Source of the DNA: the human T2T-CHM13v2.0 reference genome, Homo sapiens | Reading direction: 5' to 3' (one strand) | Assembly (NCBI RefSeq): GCF_009914755.1 | Contig: NC_060936.1 | DNA: 64,000 bases | Shown: positions 1 through 16,176 of the stretch, one piece after another | How the letters are laid out: each line of letters opens with the position of its first letter | Position numbering within the stretch: position 1 is the stretch's first letter | Translations under genes and position numbers: made by a program | The notes under the pieces: model-generated | Databases searched by the model: none | Seen by the model: the letters and a program-made list of their open reading frames with translations, nothing else | What the model was told of the DNA's origin: nothing

Positions 1-1145
1 GTAAGCTCCAAATTTGAACCTTAGTTTCTGGGGCCTGCTTACAGCAGAACAGCACAGATACACATACAATTTGGCATTTTTAGTCATTTCTGTATATGCA
101 TATGGGTAAAGAAAAATATATACAATTGCTAATATCTTAACTGATTCTGAGACTTACTATCACTACCTTAATACGAATCTCATAAAGCTTGATAAAAAAG
201 AATAATTTGGCCTGTGTTCCAAAGAATGCATTCCAAAGGGATTTGCTGTTGTTTCCAGTGATGTTGCTTAGAAAATTCGTTGTTTTGCTATATTCTTCCT
301 TAGAAGTCAAGTAACAGAGTCTGGTTTGTTAAACACCAAAAAGAAGTGTCCAATTTCTGATCGCCAACAGACAAAGCTACTGGTGGTCTAAGAAGGACAA
401 GAAAGACCTCAAAACTGAAGTCTACTGAACTGTGGGATTTTTTTTGGCAAGTGAAAATGACAGTGTGTCCAACATAAGTAATGAAGAAGACAGAAGGCAG
501 CCATAAGTCTGATGTTCCAAAAAATCACGTCTGTATTTGCGTCACTGGAGAAAGTGTGTAAAGAAGCCACACTAATGAAATTATGATGGCAGCACTAATA
601 GTTAAATACTAGTTTCTTATATCACAAAAAACTGTTTGGAGGTTTATAGTCCTGCCAATATTTACATTTATTTCTTATTGTGTTAAAGAAAGTCAAACTA
701 CAAAATCCTTTTATAAACCATGTTGAAATTTTCCTAAAGTTTTAGATTAGAAGGGGGAAAAACAACTTCATTGTCAATTTAAGAGAGATAAATGACTTTC
801 CTTGTTTAAAAATAACTAAAAATGCTCCTTATATTTTAGAGTTTTTCCTCTTAATTTAAGAGTGTGAATTGTAACAATTCAATTATGAAAGATGAAAAAC
901 ATGAAGTTTTCTTCCCTACCTAAGGCAACAATAAAAAATAGATCTATTGAATACGTTGGTGGAAAAAACTTTTTCTTTGCAGAGCACGGGAACTAGTAGA
1001 ATTTGAAAAAACGCTACGGGTTGTTAAAAGGCAGCTAGTCCCCCAATCAGGCTCCTTTTACTTAAAATTTAACTTAATAAAATGGACTCAATCATATCTT
1101 TGCCTTCTGAATTTCAACAGTCCTATTTAAAAAATACTTTACTGA

Positions 1146-1445
<300 letters not shown>

Positions 1446-4400
1446 TTATTGTATTTTATGAAATAAATTAGTAGGATGTACATTTAGGATGAAATTTTCA
1501 GATTAAATATTATATATAATGGGTTATTGTTCACTGAACAAATCATAACACAAAAGAAAACAAATGCTCAATGACCTTTTCTCCTCGAAGCTTTCAGTGA
1601 AGAAATATCAATTAATTTAAATAAATTTTTTAATCACTGTAAAATGAATACGGCTACCTAAAAAAAATGGAAACTTTATTTCTAATGACCTATACAGATC
1701 TAGAAAATATTTGGTAAACAACTAGTTCCTGGAAACAAATTATTCAAAAATGAACATTTTCACAGCAATTAAATGTCACTAAGGATGGCTATAATAAAAA
1801 ATGTGATATTAGTATTAAAATATTCTCAGCTATATGATTATGACAACAGTGGTATCAGTGAAGAATAAATAGATGAGAATTGAGGGAGGCATATATAGTA
1901 TTACCAAGTAGGTACTGACATGACAACCATATAACTATTTAGTATCTGCCCACTACATGGCCAGTACTTCCTTCACTCTTCTAGCTTTATCACACACCAG
2001 AAAAAGCAAGAAATTTAAAACCTGAACTTTTAGCAGTATCATTGCTTACTGCCCTCTAACAAACATTTATAACAAGAAAATTTAAAAATATGCAAAAGGG
2101 CAAATACATAATAGGCAGATTTAATGTCGTTTCAACATTAAATCTGTACACAGTATGACTGGTTCTAAGCTCCCTAACTTTCAAGGCAACATGGAGGGTT
2201 CAAAAGGCAGCTAAAATGATGGAAAAATCCTAATCTGTAAAACTGGCATAATCATTCTTCACACATGATTTCTTTAGAGGCCAGTTCACTGACTTTAGCA
2301 GAGAGTAATTTTTGAAATTTCTTGTCAAAAGTATGACAAAAGTTATCTTTCTCTAGGTCCTCTGTATACTGGGGCCATGGCAAAGCATAGGTAATATGGC
2401 AGGGGCTTCCAGTTGGTGGCTGTCACAGTTTTCTGCTTAAGGGAAAACTCTATCCAAACCTTGATGCATTTGATATAAGCTAGAAAGTAGAAGGAGGAGG
2501 ACAAATGTCAGAGGTCACTTGAATCCCAATTATCCCAACTCAAAGTTACTATTCATATAGTTTACTATTTTGCTAAGCTTTGCTTCTTTCTTTTAGTTGT
2601 AGTCAGACCTGCCTAACTTACTTAGTTCATGGGAAGAATAAAATATTTTTACTTAAAATTTTCAAAGTTGGCTAAATTATACAATTAATTAAACAGATAA
2701 ATGTTCATTTGTATCTTTTCTTTATATTCATAAGTGTGGCAAATCAAAGTCATTGGTCATGAAGCTTTTATTTTTCAATAAACAGAATGAGGCTAAAACA
2801 ACACAAAAGTTATTCCCCCATCCCACAAACCTTCATGTACTCAAAAAATACTGATCTTGATATTGATTAGTAAACCTTAGGTATTATAAAAGAAATGAAA
2901 TACATATTAATATTATACCTATAGTTAAAAAACAATGAAAAAAGAAATCACATCGTTATTAAGCTAAATCTGTAACAGTGTTTTTCACAGCTATGATTAT
3001 GTATGAACCAGTAGCTCCTCCTTTTTGACTATACTTTGACTATACTGTTGATCACTGATGAGGAAACTACCTGGAGTTCTCTAAACCATGGAAAGCCACA
3101 TTGGGGTCATATCCAAAAAATGTTTTAAAGACTTTAATTACTCTTACAATAACTGTATCTTGTTTGTCATCTAAAGAACATGCTACTTCATGCTTGACTG
3201 GTTTCACAAGGTCCAAGGTGCATACCTTCTTGATGGACATCTTTAATAATCATTTAGAAGCTCCTCATCCTTAGGTAATGGAAGTCACATTTCCTCAGGC
3301 CAACATCCACCACTGGCAATGGATGCATCAGAACCACCAGAACCAAAGAGATTATTCAATTCACATTTTAAGCCAGCCAAAGAAAATAGAGCTTTAAAAA
3401 AATCTAAGTGTCTAAGAGACTGTTTTGGCAAATATGGTTTCAAAAAATACAAGTCATTAGCTTCTTAATGTGGAAGTCGGACTTGCCCAATGCACAATTT
3501 ATTACTGGCAGAGGATTCACCATGATCTGCCAGTAAAAGGGGGAGAATTGTTGGAAAAGTGATCTATGTACACAATTCCAGTTAAGTTATAAAAGCAATA
3601 TGTAATTTAGTAAAGGCTTGTGCTGCACTATTATGACAAACATTAAATCAAAATCAATTATCTGCCACATTTGGAACACAACAGTATTACTCACTGAAAA
3701 ATCTTGTATAAAACTTGGTTAAAAAGGAAAAAAAAGTCAGAAAATGCCAGCAGGTGTTCCAGGAACATTCATTAGTAATGAGATCCAAATTTGGGGATCA
3801 ATTAATAGATCATAAATCTAAAAGGAACTTCAGATCTCATTTTATGTATGAGGGAACTGAAGTCTTGAGAGGTGACATGACTTGATGTGATGGCAAAGCT
3901 AAGAAACTATACCATGTTGTATTCCAGAAGTACTGGGAAAAGATCTGGGTGTATTCCTAGGCAATGAAATTTTCTCCCAGAGAAAGAACAACTTTTCTTT
4001 CATTGTTTTAATCTAATCATTGTTTTATCTCTCAGAGGGTAGTAATCCAGCAGTGACAGAAAAAGGCATGGAGACCAAAAAACAAGGTATTACTTATTAC
4101 TCTGTCAACTGGTACTTGTGATTAGTGAAGGACTGTGTTGGTTTTTGTACAAAGGAGTTTATATTGATTAAATAGTTTTCATTATCTAGACTGTAAAATA
4201 GATTTACAGGTATGTGGCAAGTGAAGCAAGGCACATATAAAAGCAAGGCATTCCAGGCGATAGTTAGTACCCAGGAAGAGGGAGTTTTCATGGCAGTTTA
4301 GAGAGGAAGCCAAAGGGGTCTGTAGTTCATCCTGATATCCAGGAAGTCTTAAAATCAGGAAAAATCTGTTTTTGTAACCCGCAAGACTTTCATTCATATC

Positions 4401-4805
4401 TGAAGTGAATGATCACATCAGAAGTCTGCAAATTAAAGCTTTCTATGCTACAGAAGAAGCTGAAAGGTCTTGAAAAACACAATTCTATCCTATTACAGAA
4501 GACAAAAATCGTTCTAAACAATAATTAAAATAGTAGGAGAAATGATTAAAAGATTGTTGAGGAGCTATGTATCAAGATGATACTGAGTGAAAGTATATTA
4601 CACTTTGGAAAAAGAAACTCAGTATAATTGTAATAGAGGTATTAAGACTCTTCTTATGGGGCAGTAACTAATATTTTTAAATGACAAGAATATAAAGGCA
4701 ACTGAAAAGAGACAAATCCTATTATTTCCCTTTCACAAGGTGAAAGACCTTGTGGCACTGTTAATTCCCTTTTGAATGCATAGAGATGGTTATTCTTAAG
4801 ATCTT

Positions 4806-4851
4806 AGGATTAGATATTGTTGGTATAAAGGATTAGATATTGTTGGTATAA
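4806..4851. repeat. Perfect 23-bp tandem duplication
   Basis: aggattagatattgttggtataa x2. Confidence 0.95.
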
Positions 4852-5911
4852 ATACAGTTTTTTTTTTCAGAAAGAGTTTTTTTTTTTGAGACTATGTCAT
4901 CTTCCTTTGTGTTAATATAAACAATTCCCTAAAAGCTGACATGTAGGCTTCTAAAACTGTTTCTATAAGCTGTAGTCATATGTACAATGGATGGTAAACT
5001 ACTCAAGGTCATACTAATGGACAAATTAGAACTCATTTAAAGAATTATGTTGTTATCGGTCTTTCTCTGCATTAAGAACTAAAACTGAATTTTGAGTGGT
5101 GGGTAAGCAAATGTTAGTCACCCCTAAAGTTGAGAAAAATTAGGTATTTTAATACATATCTAAAATCTTGTTGGGAAAGTGAAACACTTTTCAGTATGAT
5201 AAGGTAGTCTGTAATGAAGTCACCCTCTAGAATTAGCTGGGGTTAGGCTCCTCCTTATAGCCAGTGGTCAAATTTGCTTTTTTATCTATATCCCCCTGAA
5301 CCCTGTTTGTTCTCAGTTATACTCAAAGAATTGAACCACATTTTCAGAGTGAACAACTGATTAGAAGACAAACACAGAAAATAGGAAGGCATATCACCAT
5401 CCTGAGGTATAGAGATACAAAGCTATCTGTATTCTTTCCATGTCAATGACAGAAAATGAATGGTTCAATGGTACAAATTATAATAGGTCTCTCGTGATTG
5501 TTCTTCACTCCACTTCTCTGAGGCATTTTCTAAAGCAAAGTGGTACTGTTATCTGCTCTTCCAGTTAAAAGTTATAATTTGGTAATGGAATGGATATAGG
5601 AAACACAACTAGCTATGCAGATACTGCTGAAGAATAATATTTTAGGTGATAACTTATGACATTAGAATGACTGTACTCTTGGAAAAGTGCTAAGTGGTTT
5701 GGAAGAACCAAAAGATTATGTTGACATAATACCCACAGGTATGTTCAAGAAGCTTTACGCTGAAATCAAAAGATTAAAACATCCTCAGTTAAAATTTTAA
5801 GACTAGACCTATGAATAACAATAATATAATAGGGAAAAAACAGTGGAATAACTGCCAGGAAATTATTAGGAGGAAAATGTAAACAGCAAACAAATCCAAT
5901 AGCCTAAAAAA

Positions 5912-5913
<2 letters not shown>

Positions 5914-5952
<39 letters not shown>
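5914..5952. repeat. (GT)n microsatellite
   Basis: About 19 GT units. Confidence 0.95.
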
Positions 5953-5954
<2 letters not shown>

Positions 5955-6589
5955 TATGTAAATACAGCAAATCTGAAATTTCAAAATAAGTAAATCTTGG
6001 GGACTGCTAACACTTAATGGGAAGAAACTTGTGTATGAGAACTGGCATTTCAAAGAAATGTCTTACAATGTTTCCCAGCAGAAAGAGGACAATAACCGTA
6101 AATCAAAATATATACACATATATGGAAATTCTTGAACATGAGATAAAGAAACCCCTAAGTGAGGCTAAAAGAAGGCAGAAATTTTATCAGATGGGGCATA
6201 CTTTTTAGCTACCTAGCCGGATGGAAGATTTAGATAAGGCTTTCTTAAAACACTGTAAACAAGCAGAAAGATACAGACATGACGGGGGATATTATCCATC
6301 TACAGGTACTAGCAGCTTAATTTTGCCTATATTAGAATACCTGATAAATTCCTAAGTTGCCCCACTGAAAATTTAATTCCTCAATAAAGGGAGCAATGAG
6401 GCAAACATGCAACTATTTGCGCCTAAGTTTGAACACAAAGGCCAAAATAAATGATAATGAAGAAGGGACAGGAATTCTGGTAGTGATTATGCCAAGGAAA
6501 GAAAATTCCTGGGCATTGTCAAATGTGTAGCCTACATCTGTTGTTGGAAATTTTGACAGTCACTCATGATATGCTTAGAAAACAGAAGA

Positions 6590-6800
6590 AGAAGGAGTGA
6601 ATTTATAGATGGTTCAATAATCATAATCCAAAAAATAATGATTGGCAGATTCATGTCAACCTTGAGGAAGACCTCTGCTGGGTCTATTCTTGTTTTAGTC
6701 CTGAAAAATATTTTAAATTGATAACTTGAAGAAATGAGAGCATATTTATACATATCCAGGTAGCACAAAGTGAAGAAGGAGAGATCATATGCAGGATTAC
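6590..6800 (+). mobile_element. Ancient CR1/L3-like RT relic
   Basis: Degenerate match to the CR1 ORF2 segment QRVvING..S.W..V.SG..QGSvLGPvLFNIFINDL..KFADDTKL; resumes at ~7576-7640. Confidence 0.5.
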
Positions 6801-6809
6801 ATATAGAGT

Positions 6810-7575
<766 letters not shown>

Positions 7576-8369
7576 TGCAGGTTGGCACAATAAACTAAAA
7601 ACAATAAAATTAAATTTAACTTGGATGAACTTCTAGTTTTAGGATGGCAGTTTGATGTAGCTCCCCACTTTCTTCTTGAAAATCACCCCTAAACAATTCG
7701 AAACAGAATATGACCTCCAACTTTAATGACTAAGAGGCATATATGAACCAATTACATAAAAATTAAGAGCAGATAGAAGAATGATTGATGACTTAGCAGA
7801 GCAAAAGAAGGTCAAGTCCATGTGCCTGAAGGAGGAGATGCCAGGAAGAAGCAGCCCTTCCAGAATGCTGAAAATGCTTAGGAAATAGATATACCCTCAC
7901 CGAAGGCAGAAAGGAGACAAAGGGCTAACAACAGAAAAATTTGTCTTAAATCAGAAACAGTCTGAGGCAGAAGAAATTGAACCCCTAATCATACTCAGTG
8001 ACATCAAGCAAAAAGGATGGGCTAGAGTTAAGTGCTAAGTACTGCTAGAAAAAAGTTAAGGCTTTTTAAAAATAAAACAACTATTTATTTTCTTAAATGC
8101 TTTTAAATTTAAAAAATGTAAATGATATTAAGATATAGTTTAAAAATATTTTTAAGCAATTCTTAATCAGGAGTTTTTTTCCAAAATACATATGCTGTAT
8201 GTACCAAGTACCAACTCTAGAGATTCTAATTTTGTAGGGTAGGGCCCAGGAACTTATATTTTGGAAGTTTCTCAAACCACTGAGTTAGTGTGAAAAAGGA
8301 GTCCATCACCTAAACCTATCAAAAGGTGAAATAGTATAGACAAATTATAAGCATTTTCATTCACAGGAC

Positions 8370-8870
8370 TATGTACAAGGTATTATTGCAGGAATGAGGA
8401 ATACTGTAGTACACAAAAAAATCCCCTTTGCTTGTGGAGTTTATAACTTTGTAGGGAAGAGAGAGAGTAAATACATAAAATATGTAGAATGCTGGAAGTT
8501 GATAAGAAGAAAAATACAGCAGAGAAGGCGTAAAGGGAATTGGGTAGGAGGACACTGCAATTTAAAATAGGGTGGCCAAGGAAGGCTGTACTTAGAAGGT
8601 AATATTTTTGAATACAGACTTGAAGGAAGTGAGGGAGCAAACCATGAAGATATCTGGGGAAAAGTGTTTCAGGCAGACAGAACAGCTGAAGCAAAGGCCC
8701 TGAGACAGGGGCTGCCAATGTATTTATTCAAGGGACATAAAGGAGGCCAGTAGAGCTGGAGAAGAGTGAGTGAGGATATGAGATCATAAAGGTAACAGGG
8801 GAGCTAAACTGTATAGGATTTCTTGGGCCTGTGAAGGATCTTGGCTCTTATTCCTAGTGAGGTGATAAGA
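8370..8870 (-). mobile_element. L2 fragment
   Basis: Purine-rich L2 signature (gacttgaaggaagtgagggagc...gcaaaggccctgagacagg). Confidence 0.7.
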
Positions 8871-8917
8871 CATATGAATAAAAAGTAAATATTTAAAGGG
8901 TCATTTATTTTATTCAG

Positions 8918-9230
8918 TTTTTTTTTTGTTTTTTGTTTTTTGTTTTTTTGAGACAGAGTTTCACTCTTGTTGCCCAGGCTGGAGTACAATGCGTGATCTT
9001 GGCTCATTGCAACCTCCGCCTCCTGGGTTCAAGCGATTCTCCTGCCTCAGCCTCCCGAGTAGCTGGGATTACAGGCATGTGCCACCATGACCAGCTAATT
9101 TTGTATTTTTAGTAGAGACAAGGTTTCTCCATGTTGGTCAGGTTGGTCTCAAACTCCCGACCTCAAGTGATCCGCCCGCCTCGGCCTCCCAAAGTGCTGG
9201 GATTACAGGAGTGAGCCACCATGCCCGGCC
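8918..9230 (-). mobile_element. Alu (AluSp-like) with 16-bp TSD
   Basis: TSD gggtcatttattttat at 8898-8913 and 9232-9247. Confidence 0.95.
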
Positions 9231-10084
9231 CGGGTCATTTATTTTATATGTATATTTATGACTGAAAAGCAATTGAACTTGTTGACGTAATTAGTAACAA
9301 AAATAAAAATTGCAAGTGGTATCTGGAAACCTTAGTTGGCTAAATAAATCTAGATAATACCTAATACAGTAGCTTAGCTTCAAGTAAGTGTTTGATAAAT
9401 ATTTGTGAAATAAACAGATGGTGGATTTAAAAAGAAAAAGATTTTTTGAAGTTCTTATAAAATTGAAGACAATTATCAAGAATTTAACAGTTATCCTAAG
9501 ATGCAGCCTTCATAAAGATTTCAGGGCATTTTTACAGAGTATCACCTAGTAGATTTTCCTGTTTGTTATTTTATATAGGTTTGGCAAGAAGGGGCTAACA
9601 TAAAAAATCTTTCTGAGTCATTTAGAAGCATCTCCCTTTTGTTTAAAAGAGTGAAATAGTTTTTGTTGTTGTTGTTGTTGTTGTTGTTTTTTAACAAGTC
9701 TATCTTTTAAGCTTAGGCTTTCCTGGGTTCTAGCTTTAAAAACGTGTTCATCATGATTCATACTTAAACTGGCTTTGTTTTATTCTTGTTAATTAAAAAA
9801 ACTTCATCTATTTTCATCCCAAAGTCTGGTTTATTTTTTTCTAAATTGACCGCCAATATCCTGAGCTCTAGGCTTCAGAAAAAAAGAACTGTGGAAGTGA
9901 AAAATCCACTTCTGATAGCTAGGAAAAGTGCAGCTTCCAAATGAGCCAATCTACTCTTTCTGGTTGTCAGAATTTGCTTTTAAATTACTAGGTGATAAAC
10001 TATCCCATGGACAGCAAAACAAAACTGTCCTTTAGTATTAGTATTGTGCTTCTTTTGCTTGATAATATAATTTTACAAAAGCAT

Positions 10085-10411
10085 TATTATTATTATTATT
10101 ATTTTTTGAGACAGGGTCTTGCTCTGTCACCTACGCTGAAGTACAGTGGCACAATCAGTGAGGTGAGCCACTGCACCCTTGAACTCTTGGGCTCAAGCAA
10201 TCCTCCCACCTCAGCCTCTTGAGTAGCTGGCACTACCAGGTGCATGCCATCATATGGAGTTAGTTTTTTTTTTTTTTTTTTTTTTTTAATGTAGAAGTAG
10301 GTGGTCTTGCTTTGTTGCCCAGGCTGGTCTCAAACTCCTGTCTTCAAGTCATCCTCCCACCTCAGCCTCCCAAAGTGCTAGGATTAGAGGTGTGTGTCAC
10401 TGCGCCAGGCT
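10085..10411 (-). mobile_element. Alu (AluJ-like)
   Basis: Diverged dimeric Alu with (TAT)n tail and expanded linker. Confidence 0.9.
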
Positions 10412-11003
10412 TTAACTGTTTGATTAACAGAAAAATGATGGACAACTACCTCTTTCAACTACTGAAATACTTTCTAAAGGAATAAAAAAATGTTAGCTTC
10501 TGCTATCACAGACAACTGCAGATATTTTTGGTACCACAGCATGTTATGATTTCTCAGGAAAAATATGAATTCTGAAGTCATATAATATTAAAAGCATTAC
10601 ACATGGCCAAGAGATCATTGATAAACATAAAAATTTTTAAAAAATATTATTTGTGCTAATAATATGGGGATTAAGCTAGAGTCAACTGATTTACCAAATG
10701 AATAGTCTACTTTCATTACTTTCTGTATCTAAGATTTGCATTGATAACTTTGTGTAATGCAAAAAAATGTACATAAATCTATATTAAACTATGTTAATTT
10801 AAAGTGTGGGATCAATTCTAAAGATTTGACTTCCTTTTTTTTTTTTAATCAGAGAATTAAAATAGAAAGGAAGTAAGAGAATAGAAAACTTGGTTACTTG
10901 GTTTAGCAGTTTTCTCAGATTGAAAAAAATAACAGTAAAACCTCCAGGGTTAAGAATTTCAAGTGAGGCTGCTACACAAAGAAGACAGACCAAGTTAGCT
11001 TAC

Positions 11004-11114
11004 CACTTGAACCATTTTGAGATATCTGGCATATCTTGGATCCTTGGCTACAGTTAAGATATTTTCTGCTGATACTTCACTTTCCTGTAGTCCAGAGTCT
11101 TGTGTACTGTTCTG
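11004..11114 (-). CDS. WASHC3: WASHC3 coding exon 5 (QNSTQDSGLQESEVSAENILTVAKDPRYARYLKMVQV); the gene continues left of the window
   Basis: ctctacag|CAG acceptor, GTG|gtaagc donor, 111 nt; conserved DPRYARYLKM motif. Confidence 0.96.
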
Positions 11115-13599
11115 CTGTAGAGAGTATTTGGTGTAAATCTTTAGACAATTTACAAAAGGGGTCTATCACGTTACTTAAAAGGAATGTTTCTTTCCATAAT
11201 TCTAAGGCAGTAAATTGCAGAAAAAAATCATCTCCCCCAATTTAAATACCAATAATTTAATATGAGATATGTTTCCAAATATCTACAAATATTTAAATAT
11301 CATTTCAGAGAAGGTTACATTTCAACACTATATTGGTTCCTTAAAATGCAAGTATATTCATGCATTAAAATAAAAATTCTGCTTTACTTGTCCCCAGAGT
11401 GCTGATACAAAGCATGAATTATATATAGGTGGTGATACTATTTTAACAAAACTTTTAAGAAAGCTAATAAAACTATCAACTGTTTACAAATTAATAATAA
11501 ATTTATTGAGATAATGATGAATTGATTTCCTAGGTATCTAGAATCTACCTAATTGAGCCCTTTATTTATTAAATCATTTTATTCTAAGTGGACATGGCTC
11601 TTCTAACTTTTAGAAAGCAATTTTTGGAGAAGTTGTAAAAGAGAAGCCAGTTTGTCAGACAAAATTATCTGGTTTTATACATTTCAGATACTGATGGAAC
11701 TATTAATGGTAACATTGTCTACAGAGTGGTTAAAAGTCATAATGTCATACTAAATATGACTTACAATAAAGAATACTGGGGAATGGTCTTTTTAGATAAA
11801 AATGCTATTGTTATACAGGCAGTCTTCATTTTGCATGGTACCATGTTACTGAAACTTGTGCATATGAGAACCATATCCTTGCTTAAATGCAAAACTAGAT
11901 AGAACTGCCTGTATACAGTACTTGATTTTTCTATCAAACCAAACATTTAGAAAAAGCTTACTTTGGTGAATCTCTCTCATTATCTGTATATAAGCATTAA
12001 AAGAATTTCCTTAGAAGAAATCAATTTTATGTCTATTGTTCATTCTGAAATGTAGATAAATCAATATCTTTATATCTTCATAGTCTTTAGACTATGAATG
12101 TGAATTACATATTGAAGTTTTTCCTCAGATAATTCAAATATAAATTAAATCTGTCAAAAACTACAAAGCAAATAAACATCCAAAAATCCTTTAGGTTTCT
12201 TCTGTTACATGATATTGCTAAGTTTTACCAAAGTGAGTATATATATATACATATATATACACACACACACACACATATTCATCTATAATACAAATACAAA
12301 AATTCCAAAACACTGTTAATTAAATAAAAAATTAAAACAATAACCAAGTATGTTTTTTAACAATTTATGGAAATTAAACTCATATAATAGCAAAATGGTG
12401 CAAATGAACTACATCCTGGCCAGATATCAATTCTCAGTCGTTAACTTTTGCCTAATAACCAAGACCTCAACAAGGTTTAATTATGAAATGTATTACACCT
12501 TTGCTATTTGAATGACCCATTAAATCCTCTATCATATCTCTCAACTGTCCTTCATTTATTCTCAAATCAATCTCACTCTGCACAATTGGATATTCTATTG
12601 TGAATAATGATGAAATCTGAACCATGAAATTAAAGTTGCAGAAAAATCAGTACACAAACCTTGGGTCTTTGACTCATGTATAGATTAGAGAGAGTGATAA
12701 ACAGATGATTTTTTTAAAAAGTGCATTATTCTCCTTTGTCTGATAAGTGAGTTGACTATAATGTCAATGAAAACTCTGGATTAAGCAATACTTAAGCCCA
12801 CTTCAAAATATTTTGTATAAAATATACCAATTAATAACAATGAATAAATGAGAAGTTGATGTGAATATTAAGAACATGCTGAGCAGTTATTTTATTAAGC
12901 TAATCAACACACAATTTTATCACAGTATTTCAAACTTTGGAAGCCAACAGAACTTCATAAACCCTCTAAATAAATACATATACAATTTTTAAATAAAATT
13001 GCCAGAGATATACCAGGTTATTCTGAATTTGCAAAGCAAATTAAGAAATTCAGCTGTGATTACTGGTAATCAATTTTTGGGACATTAAATATGTGAGGAC
13101 AAACACAACTGCATAAGAATTTTAAAGGGCATATTATAGATGGCATTCATAATAGCACCTGGAAAAATTAATAATCAAAGTTAGACAGGTATACTTAAAA
13201 ATCTTACAGAAATATATGACAGCTCTATCTACCACATAATAACTACTAGGTAGTGTGGAAATATTTTCTTAATATTCTTTATAGACGCTTTATTTTAGAA
13301 AGAGGATAGTCATATTTAATTGAGAGAATGTAAAGTTAAACTCCTCTACAACATCTGGATATCCTCTTGCACATTTTATATATTTGAGTGGCCATAATGA
13401 AATTTGCTATATTAAATAAATGGATGTTAAATTTTATAATATCTAATTAAGTAAATGATCATCTAATTTATTACCCAAATATATACTATATTCTAAATAT
13501 ATGGCTCTTTCTACAGGGCCTCATACCACGCATCCTCAATATGTTTAAATAAATTGAATACAGGTACTGAAAACAGTGTAGTGTAGTGTAGTATAGTGT

Positions 13600-13850
13600 A
13601 GTGAAGCAGGTAAGTGCTAGGGCTCTTGGCACCAGACTGTCTGGGTTAAAATTCTAGCTCTTACGTTACTTTTCGACCTTCAGCAAGTTACTTAACCTCT
13701 ATATACCTCATTTGACCCATCTATAAACTAAGATTGATAATATGGTGCTTACATTATAGGGCTGTTGTAAAGATTAAATTAGTTTATGAAAGGCACTTAG
13801 AAACGTGCATGCCTTGGTACACAGAAAGCACTCTTGAAGTGTTAGCTGTT
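13600..13850 (+). mobile_element. MIR
   Basis: MIR core (gcaagttacttaacctct...catctataaa); preceded by (TAGTG)n. Confidence 0.7.
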
Positions 13851-14210
13851 ATCATCACTGTCAACATCATCGTGATCTAAAAAATATCCTGTGAAAAGTG
13901 CCTCCAGGTACAAAGGCAGAATTCCATTTATAAATCTGTTTGTTTTATTTGTTTATTATTATTACTTTGGTAGGCCACCATTTTGATGATTACTTTGTTT
14001 TAGATTTTAATACCTCGCTGAGATACACTAGAGATTGTTCTCAAACAACAAAGAATTTTTATTTTTTGAAATAAAAAGTAATAGAAAATTTAAATTCATA
14101 CAGAAGCATAAGTAAATGTTAAGATCTAAGAGCCAAATGTAAAGTATAGCTTTTACTGGGATGCTGATTCAAACGAATCATCTTCAAAAACACACTGGTA
14201 TTTCTAAGAT

Positions 14211-14704
<494 letters not shown>

Positions 14705-15240
14705 AATTATTGTTAATTACACTGTATATGATAAAGGCATTTATATAAGCAAATGTTACAAAAGAAAATGTCAAAACTTTTCAGAGATGCTCAAAAATTT
14801 ATGCAGGGTGAGATGACAAGATGTCTGGAATTAATTTCAGCAAGTGACCAAAAAAATAGATGAAGCAATTGTGAAAACTGGTGAATCCAGGTCTATTTTT
14901 GTGTATGTTTAAAAATTTTACAATAAAATATTTTAAAAGTACATTTCTTCTAAGAACCTAGAAAAATTTCTAATTATTTTGAAGAAAATAATTATTTGAA
15001 GCTTTTTCCTAGTCCTATATAGACTGATTTTCTTTTTTACAGGCAAAGAAAGTATTAACTTCAGGAAGCCCTTCAAAATAACACAGCTAATTTGTTTTTC
15101 CCAAACTTCATTTTCTATGTTAAGGTTTTAAAATTTTACTATTAGAAGTTTTACATGTTTATTTTTCTTCCTTCCAACCTGCTGCTTAACACTATCAGTT
15201 TCAACCAAGAACATCTGCTCGTTTCTTAGAACTCACTTAC

Positions 15241-15348
15241 CTGTGGTTGCTCTGAAGTGGCTTCAGGATGTGCTCCATTTGTGACACTGGTGACATTTAA
15301 AGGAGATACTTCAACTGTGACATCATCTAGGCCTGGGATAGATGACAA
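15241..15348 (-). CDS. WASHC3: WASHC3 coding exon 4 (LSSIPGLDDVTVEVSPLNVTSVTNGAHPEATSEQPQ)
   Basis: tttcttttctcag| acceptor, CAG|gtaagt donor, 108 nt; conserved LSSIPGL motif. Confidence 0.96.
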
Positions 15349-16176
15349 CTGAGAAAAGAAAATTAGTATTGGAATATGAAGATAGTACTTGCATAAATAA
15401 ACACTATTTTTAATAGCTGTCTTAAGTTTTAAGGCTATACAAATAGGTTCACAATATCTTGTCTTTAATTTTCCATGTCATAAACTAAAAGTGAAAGACG
15501 GTCACAAATTCTTTTGAAGAACTTCTCAAAAATCTAATTTAGTTTACATAACCATCATTTTCAAAATATAGACAATCCTAGTGTAAGGACTGAGAGCCTG
15601 GTCTTTGAAGTCAGACTGTCAGGTTTAACTTTTAGCTCTACCACTCACAAGCTGTGTGATCTTGTGTAAAACTCCCTGTGTCTCAATTATCTCACCTGTA
15701 AAGTGGAGATAAGAACATGTACCTAGAAAAGTTGTTGTAAAAATATTTCTATTGATAATACTTCGAAAAAAAAGGGCTTTGTGCAAATTTTGAGTTTCAA
15801 TTATCTAGGATATGACAAAACTCTTGTCTTTACACTTTAATGTGTGACACAGCTCATTCTTTTTTCTTTCTTTGAACATTCACCACTGAATGTTATTAAA
15901 ATATGTTTCTTCTATGCAAAAAAATGGGCATATTGTTGGTATTTCAACCTGAAATGGTTTAGCTTTCACTATGAAATAGTTAAGCATTTCAGGTTAGATC
16001 TGCGAGACCCATACAAACCTTCTTTTCTGAGTTCATCCTGATATCAATGACACGCATTTGTCGATGTTTGGCTAACTTTGGGGATGACTCTATGGCCATG
16101 GAAATAACTAAGGTTAACTTGTCCATATGGTCATTTAATGTGCGACCTTGGACTCTAACTCCCAGGAATTCCTTAA

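Noticed and set aside
200-620. Coding-looking sequence that might be WASHC3 exon 6 or a pseudogene
   Set aside because: The frames I translated were short and matched no recognisable protein; I did not find the expected next WASHC3 peptide (GVPVMAIRNK) in 1-11000
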